NCBI GenBank assembly: GCA_025558095.1
Contig: JAIVFI010000041.1
Coordinates: forward strand, 124,001-188,000
DNA: 64,000 nucleotides
Source of the DNA: Hyaloraphidium curvatum SAG 235-1
Taxonomy: Eukaryota > Fungi > Monoblepharomycota
Direction: 5' to 3'
The notes under the pieces: model-generated
What the model saw: the letters and a program-made list of their open reading frames with translations, nothing else
What the model was told of the DNA's origin: nothing
Databases searched by the model: none
Made by a program: the position numbers and the translations under genes
Part shown: positions 57,304-64,000 of the stretch, in pieces
How the letters are laid out: the number at the start of each line of letters is the position of its first letter
How positions within the stretch are numbered: the stretch's first letter is position 1

Positions 57304-60300
57304 TCAAGTAATGGACGCCCCAGCTGCATCCGCTCGCCTGGATTCCGCTTTCGGCTCGGCCGCCGACCCCTGTCCGTCCAAAGCAGTCCCCGCCGCGCCA
57401 TCGACGGCCGTCACCACGCTTTCCGGCGCCCCCAAATCACCGTGCACCCCGTCCAAAGGCTCGGGCACTTCCAACCCCCGCACATCCATCCCCACGACGT
57501 CCAGCACCTGCCCCGTCTCGTCCTCCCCGACCACATGCCCGTCCGCCTCCTCGATGTCCGCCTCGATGCCCAGCGGCGGCATCCCGTCCCACACGTACCC
57601 CGACGCCGCCCGCGTGGGATCCGCCCCGCCCTCGCGCGGCATCGTGTCGGGGCGCAGCTCCCGCCCGCCGAAGCTCATGATGGCCTTGGTCAGCATCGAC
57701 GCGCTGCCCCTCCGGTCGCCGGGCACGGCGTAGAACGACGCCTGGGCCGGCGGTTCGTCGCCGACCGCGTCCGAGGGGACGTTGGCGGCCGCCATGTCCG
57801 CCGCCGACATGCTCCTCGTCGCCGACAGCGCGGGCGCCTTGAGCACCCGGTACAGGTCGCGCATGTCCATGTAGGCGACAAAGTCATCCACGGTGATGGG
57901 CACCGAGCGCAGCTTGAACCCCAGCGCGATGCAGTTGGCGCACAGGCCGAGCTGCAGGATGATCTGGGACTGCAGGTAGGTGGCCTCGCTGACGATGACG
58001 ATCGTGACGATGATGAGCGGGATTTCGCGGAGCAGCTGCATTCCAGGTGAGCACGACCAGCAGGCAAACAGCACGGGGACAACCCACGAGCGACGAGCGG
58101 TAGACGATCTCGCGGATGCAGATGATCTGCAGCCTCCTCAGCTCCGCCTTGATGTACGCCATCTGGTCGATCGACACCCTCCTCCTTCCCCTCATCGCCC
58201 CCGCGTCCACCTCGACGTGCGTCTTCTTGTGGTACAGCAGCCCCGCCACCGCCGCGAACATGTTGAACACGAAGAACAGCGTGCCCACGACGCACAGGGC
58301 GGCGTAGAACCCCGACAGCAAGAGGCCGGGCGGCAGCGTGAACAGGCCGCCCCAGTTGAGCAGCACGGCGACGAGGTCCATGGCCGTGCGCACGACGACC
58401 CACGCCACGTGCAGGCCGAAGGACCGCTGCCACCGCGGCTTGACGGTGATCGGCGCCGCGACGGGCGGGGTGAGGAACGCCGAGGGGGCCGAGGAGCTGG
58501 CGGCGGTGGAGGAGGTGGTCATGGTCGCGATCCGCGGCATCGGGTTGCGCGGGATGGTGCCGCCCTGGGGAGCAAACACCTCCTCCTGGTACCGCACGGG
58601 GGCCACCACGGCGCGAAGGGTGCCGGTGGAGGAGCGGATCAGCATGGTCTGGTAGCTGTGCGGCGCGGGGGAGCCGTCGTCGGCGATCCGGACGTGCTTG
58701 CCGATGCTCATCGGGGCCGTCTGCGTCCGCGAGACCGGGGGGGGCGGGGCTCGCGTGCTCGGCAGCGGGGCGGGGAGGGTGGAGAAGCCCGACGGGGCGC
58801 GCTTGGCGGAGGCGTCGGGGGAGTGCCCGCCGCCGGTGCCGTCGTCCTCGTGGTCCGGCTCCTCCTCGTCCGCGGCGGCCGAAAACGCCGCCACCGTGCC
58901 GCCCGCCGCCGCTGCCCCGGGGATCGCCGCGGGCGCCGACAGCGACACCACGTACGGCTCCTCCCACGACACCCCCGTCCCTGTCTTCGCCCCCGTCCCA
59001 AGCTTCACTCCCACCTCCTTAGCCGCCGCTTTCTTCTCCCCCTCGGCCGCCTCCAGCGCCACGCGGTTGATGGTCGCGTTGAGCTCCCTCTGGCTCTTTT
59101 CCCTCGCCTCCCTCGGTATCCCCACCCTCGCGCTCTCCCCGCTCTGCACCTTTTTCTCCCTGCGGCTCTCGTTGCGCTGCCAGTACACCCACAGCGTGAT
59201 GGCCAGCGCCAGCACTACGCCCGCCATGATCCCGAAGGCGATCAGGAACACGCGGGTGCGGGTGTTTTCGTTCTGCGCGCGGATGTCGTTCTGCACCGCC
59301 GAGAGGAGGTACATGCCGTTGGAGCACTGGAACTGCGCGAGGATCTTCTCGGCGGCCTCGCGGTACGAGAGCAAAGGGGGTTGGGAGAAGGCCGCGACGG
59401 CGGCGAAGCCGAAGGCCGCGGCGACGCTGTCGGCGGCCGAGGTGGCGGTGCCCGGGGGCGCGCCCTGGTCAGGGGGGCCGACGATCCACCACGCGTACCT
59501 GACCAGTTCTGCGGTAAGGGAGCGGCGTCAGAACGGGCGGTTGACGGGCAACTCGGCGGGAGTTCACCGTAGGCGTTCTGGCAGCTGGCCGGGTTCCCGT
59601 TGCGCATGGCGATGTAGGTGAACCCGCTGATCGGGTAGGTGCGCTGCCCCGCCTCGTTTACCATGTTGACGTGGAAGTTGTCCAGGGCGGAAAAGTTGGC
59701 CGTGCCGGCGGCCTGGTAGGCCGCGGCCTCGTAGGTGGGCTCCGAGGGCAGGATGAAGTTGCCGACGCGGTTCTGGACCGCGGCCACGGGCAGGTTGAAG
59801 GTGCTGGCGATGTTGATGTCGGTGTAGCAGATCGAGTAGTCGGTGAGGAGCACGGCCGTGCCCATGTCCGAGAAGGGCACCTGGATGATGCTGCCCGGGA
59901 AGCCGGCGCCGGCGGCGAAGATGCCGTAGGTCGCGTTCCACGCCGGGCTCATGGCCGCCAGCGCGTGGGTGAAGAGCGAGGTCTGGCCCGAGGCGGTGTC
60001 GTTGCGCACGATGCGGATGATGGGCTGGTCCAGCAGGCCGGGCAGCTGCAGCCCGGGGTTGGCGCGCACGATGAGCGGGTCGGTCCAGTTCGCGATGGTG
60101 CCGTTCCAGATGCCGACCAGCACCTCTTGCGTCAGGTTGAGCGGCGCGGGATACGAGTAGAGCGGCGGCAGGTTGTAGGCGAGCACGACGCCGCCGACCA
60201 TGGACGGCACGATGCGCACGCCGGCGGCGACCTCGCCCGGCGACAGCGGCAGGTCTGTACCGCCCCACGCCACGGAGCCGTCCAGCACGCCGCGCACGCC

Positions 60301-60510
60301 TTGGCCCGACTCGCTGGGCGCGTAGGGGACGGCCACGCGCACGCCGCGGGCGGCCTGCGAGACGGGGTACACGAAGGCGTACTGCCCGTACACCGCCGCC
60401 ACGCCCGACGAGCCCGTACCGTTCAGCAAGATGATTTGGGTGGAGGGAATCTGCGCCGAGGCGTCGCAGGGCAGCGCGAGGAAGGCGAGCAGGGGCAGCA
60501 GGGCGGGCAT
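57304..60510 (-). CDS. Signal peptide + PstS-like (PBP2) phosphate-binding domain + TM + cytosolic loop + several further TM helices, 3 exons
   Basis: LNGTGSS, SESGQG, WGGTDLPLS, GGVVLAYNLP, IWNGTIANWTDPLI..ANP, IVRNDTASGQTSLFT, VQNRVGNF, YPISGFTY. TM VFLIAFGIMAGVVLALAITLWVYW. Introns at about 59500-59567 and 58046-58100. Confidence 0.8.
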
Positions 60511-60841
60511 CCCCCGCCGCCGGCCCCCGCGCCCCGGCTGCCGCCAGCCCTCTCCGCGTCCGCTGCAATGTCCCCGCATGGCAGAATGCCGCTCGACGCG
60601 GGCCCCGCCCGGTGTTAACACTGCGCGCGCAGGAACATTCAATTGATCGGGTTGAACCCCGCGATCGACCGCAGCCAGGCACCCCAACTTCTCGTTCGCA
60701 CTTCTCGTCCAACATTATCCTTCGTCAGTTATATGTTGCTTTGTTCTATATCGAATAAGCGACCTGAATGATCTGGATCGGGATCGGATCTGCATCTCGT
60801 GCCGTGCCACGACAGGAGGTTCAGACCCCCAGCTCGGCATG

Positions 60842-63083
60842 TCACGCTCCCCGATTGACATCCGTAGCTGCAGCGACGCGTGGATCGATGAAGCTGCGAC
60901 TCAAGCTCGACGTGCTCATGTCAAGATCCACCGCCGCGTACCCTGCCTGCGGGTAAAATGCGCCGCCGTCCTCCATCATCCGCCTCAGCTCGCCCGCGAC
61001 CGCCGCCATCTCGGGCCGTTCCTGCGGATTCACTGCCCAGCAGGAAGTAAGAAGTGACCATTCGGAGCTGCTGAACGTGGCCGTCGGCTCGGGGAGTGTG
61101 CCCTGCCTCACCCGGCGTGCGATTTCCTGGGAACGGATTGAGTCGAGGCGCTCGACATCAGCGACGGCGCCGGAAACCCACGAAATTGACGTCGATAGCA
61201 TTCCCCTGGCAGTCGGAGTATGGCCTATCCCCCCCCGATAAGACCTCAAAAGCCATCATGCCGAACGACCACACGTCGCCGGCACGGCCCACCTCCTCCC
61301 CGGCAAAGAACTCGGGGGGCGCATACCGCACCGTGCCGCCACCCTCCCCCTGGTATTCGAACGCCGGATCGGCCCCCGTGGCTTCGACACGCCTCCGGGC
61401 CTTGGCCAGTCCAAAGTCCGACACCTTGGCCGTTGGCAATCCCCCCACCGGCACGTCCACGAGCACGTTGGCCGGCTTGATGTCCGAGTGCGCGACGCGC
61501 TTGGCATGCAAGAAGGCGATCCCGGCCGCCGCGCCGGCAAGCAGGTGCAGGCATGCCGGGCGGTCCCAGCTTCGGCTCTCCAGGTACTCCCTGAGGTTGC
61601 CCCCGCGGAACAGGTTGGTGACCAGCATGGTGGGGCCGGTGCGGTAGCCCAGCAAGGGAGCGATGTTGGGGTGCGGGGGAAGGTCCAGCCAGCGCGCGAT
61701 CTCGGGGTCCAGAGAAGCATCGGCCTCGGGCGTCTGGAAGGGGTTGCGGGGCAGCTTGACGGCCACGTCCATGTGAAAGTAGGTGGCGGCAAACACGTCG
61801 CCGTACGCGCCGCCCCCTAGGCGCCGCGAGCGATCCACAGCGATCTCGTGCTGCTCGACCCAAAACGCGGACCGGGTGCGCTTGAACTCGGCACGGGGGG
61901 TCGGTAGCTCACTCGGCGGAATCGGGCCGGCGCCGATGGGATCGGGCCCGGGATCGGGCGCGGTCTCATCTTCTCGAGGTTTGGGAGCCGCTGCTCCGGG
62001 TACCCGGCCGTCACCGCCAACGGCTGCCGCTCCGGCGCGCTTGCGGGCGGTTGCCGCCGCCACGCCGTCCCGAAACGATGTAGGAAGCTTCTCGTTTCCG
62101 GCCCCAATTTCCAGGCGGACAAGCGAGGGGTGTGCCTCAAACATTTCCAGCAGCGAACGACCGCCGCGCTCCCCGATGGGGGTGTAGTTGAGGTCCAGTT
62201 CCTCCAGTGTAGTGTTGGCCTCGAGCGACTGGGCGAGGAGCGTCGCGCACACGTCGCCGATGCCTGCGTTCCCGGTCAGATTCAGGTACTTCAGGCGGGT
62301 ATTTTCCCGCAGCGCGTCCGCGAGCGGGCGGATGCCGTCCAGGCCGATCGAGTTGGCGTAGAGGCCCAGATGGGTCAGCGCGGGGTCCCAACGCAGCGCG
62401 TCGGCAAAGGCCGCCGCGCCGCGGTTGCCAATCGAGTTGTTGTCGATGTTCAGCAGCTCGATCGGGGCGCCGGAGCGGACGGCCGCTGCAACCGCGGCGG
62501 CTCCCTCGGCCCGCGCGGCGTTGCCGCCGAAATTGAGCGCGTGCAGAGCGCTCGATTTGAGTAAATCTGCGACGGCGCGGGCGCCCTCGACACCGGCAGC
62601 GTTGTCGTGGGCATGGAGCGTTCGCAGCGTGGTGTTCCCCTTGAATGCATCGACAAGGGCACGGAACCCTGCGGGGCCGATGGCATTGTTGTGCACGTGC
62701 AGGGTCTCGAGGGCACGGTTGCCCGCCAGCACCGCAGCCAGCGCCTCGGCCCCCTCATCACCCATATCGTTGCCGCCCAGGTTGAGGTCCTTCAGTGTGT
62801 CATTGCCCTTCAGCGCGCCCGCAATCGCGCGCACGCCCTCGGGGCCCAGGGACGTGTTGAGCAGGTGCAGGTCCCGCAGGGCCTTGTCGCCGGCCAGCGC
62901 CGCGGCGATCGCGCGGCCGCCGTCTGCCCCGAGCTCCTCCTCCGACACGTACACGCCCGGCTGCGCGGAGCGCCCAGCGCGGGCGACTCGCGCACGCCAC
63001 AGCGCCGCCGCGGCCTCGGCGTCCACGGGGAGCGCCGCACCCGCCGCATCGCGGATCGGAGAGTCGGGATTGCCGGCCTCCAT
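60842..63083 (-). CDS. RI-like LRR + TKL-type protein kinase fusion
   Basis: About 10 LRR_RI repeats (LxxLxLxxNxhGxEGAxALAxAL); kinase LGGGAYGDV, VAVK, HSDIKPANVL, DFG, YAPPE, DVWSFG; final exon LLTSCWAVNPQERP. Confidence 0.88.
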
Positions 63084-63235
63084 GGTCGACGAGACGGCAC
63101 AGCGGCACGCGGAGGCGCACGGGGCGGGACAGTTGATCGGGGAGGCGGAGTCTCGCGCGATCGACCGCGCGCCATCCCCTCGCGGGCATCGTCCACTGAC
63201 TGCGCCGATTCGCGCTTCTCTATCCTTCGTTGACC

Positions 63236-64000
63236 ATGTCGAACCCCGGTTTCACCAAAACAACCGTGTCCCGGACCGCCGAGGGCGATTCCTTGAAACT
63301 GGACCTGTACCTCCCCTCCCCCCGCCCCCCCGGCGCGCTCCCCTGCGCCCTGCTGCTCCACGGCTTCGGAGGCAACAGGAGCCACCTCTCGGGCCACGCC
63401 GCAAAATTGGCCGCGGACGGGACCGCTGTGCTGTGCCCGGACATGTCCCCGCTCATGAGGTTTCCGCTCGAAAGGTCGCAGCTGAGGAACGTCTCCCAGA
63501 TTATCGACCACGTCGCGTGGCTGTTCGGCCCCGCGAGGCCGGCGGGGGACCTGGACGCGTCGCGGTTCTGGATGGCGGGCCACTCGGCCGGCTTCGCGGT
63601 GCTCTTCGAGGCCGCACTGACCGTCGATCCCGCTCCCTGCGTGCTGGTCGCCCTCGACGGGGTCCCCTGGCCGCGGACCATCGCCCGCGCGCCGGACTTC
63701 GACCCCCGCAAAACTCAGCTCGTCTCGCTGCGGTGCGAGCCCGGCTCGTGGAACCGCAACGGCGAGATGCACCGCGAGATGGTCGGAAAGACGGTCGCCC
63801 CCGCGTGCGGGAAGCTCTCCACCCCGGACGGCCCGCGGTACACCGTGCTGGACGTTTTGTTTCCGGGCAGCCAGCATGGCGACCCCATGGCCGCCCCCGA
63901 TCCGCCCGGGTTCGCGATGAGGGCCATGGGGCTGGTGGGGTTGCCCGGGAGGAAGGAGGGGTTCGCGGCGGTCATCGAGGCGGTTGGGACGGACGTGGCG
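63236..64000 (+). CDS. Alpha/beta hydrolase (chlorophyllase/dienelactone-hydrolase-like), truncated by the window end
   Basis: Manual translation MSNPGF...LDLYLP..LLLHGFGG..LAADG..LCPD..AGHSAG..LVALDGVP. The frame is open to the window end. Confidence 0.8.
   Translation, partial: MSNPGFTKTTVSRTAEGDSLKLDLYLPSPRPPGALPCALLLHGFGGNRSHLSGHAAKLAADGTAVLCPDMSPLMRFPLERSQLRNVSQIIDHVAWLFGPARPAGDLDASRFWMAGHSAGFAVLFEAALTVDPAPCVLVALDGVPWPRTIARAPDFDPRKTQLVSLRCEPGSWNRNGEMHREMVGKTVAPACGKLSTPDGPRYTVLDVLFPGSQHGDPMAAPDPPGFAMRAMGLVGLPGRKEGFAAVIEAVGTDVA

Noticed and set aside
1-64000. Bacterial origin of the contig (high GC; hcp, ldhA, PstS-like genes)
   Set aside because: Numerous spliceosomal introns interrupt conserved motifs, and the window has PTS1 signals and eukaryote-type genes (PPT1, F-box, IRG-like).

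Overview
This window is eukaryotic, GC-rich and gene-dense genomic DNA with many short (about 50-70 nt) GT-AG spliceosomal introns. Gene content and style suggest an early-diverging (zoosporic) fungus such as a monoblepharid; that assignment is inference only. About 32 protein-coding genes can be reconstructed. No rRNA, tRNA, CRISPR array or transposon was recognised. Most long ORFs in the supplied track are GC-rich antisense or off-frame shadows. The standout locus is 43144-47692 (-). It is one intron-containing gene encoding a mitochondrial-type presequence, a flavodoxin, an FNR-type FAD/NAD(P)H domain, and a complete hybrid-cluster protein (Hcp/prismane). This looks like a self-sufficient diflavin-reductase-Hcp fusion, possibly NADH-preferring. 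Other notable items are: (1) a head-to-head pair of IRG/p47-like GTPases, one with a broken G3 motif, sharing a promoter with six GTCTC repeats; (2) an ABCD-like transporter with three His-rich inserts and a degenerate signature motif; (3) a PstS-like binding domain fused to a multi-TM membrane protein; (4) a frameshifted 7TMIC/DUF3537-like gene; (5) a ZP-like membrane protein architecture; (6) a 60-bp in-frame duplication across a BVMO stop codon; (7) 6-18 nt microexons; and (8) several intronless, bacterial-looking enzyme genes. Exon boundaries were read by eye and some gene ends are approximate.
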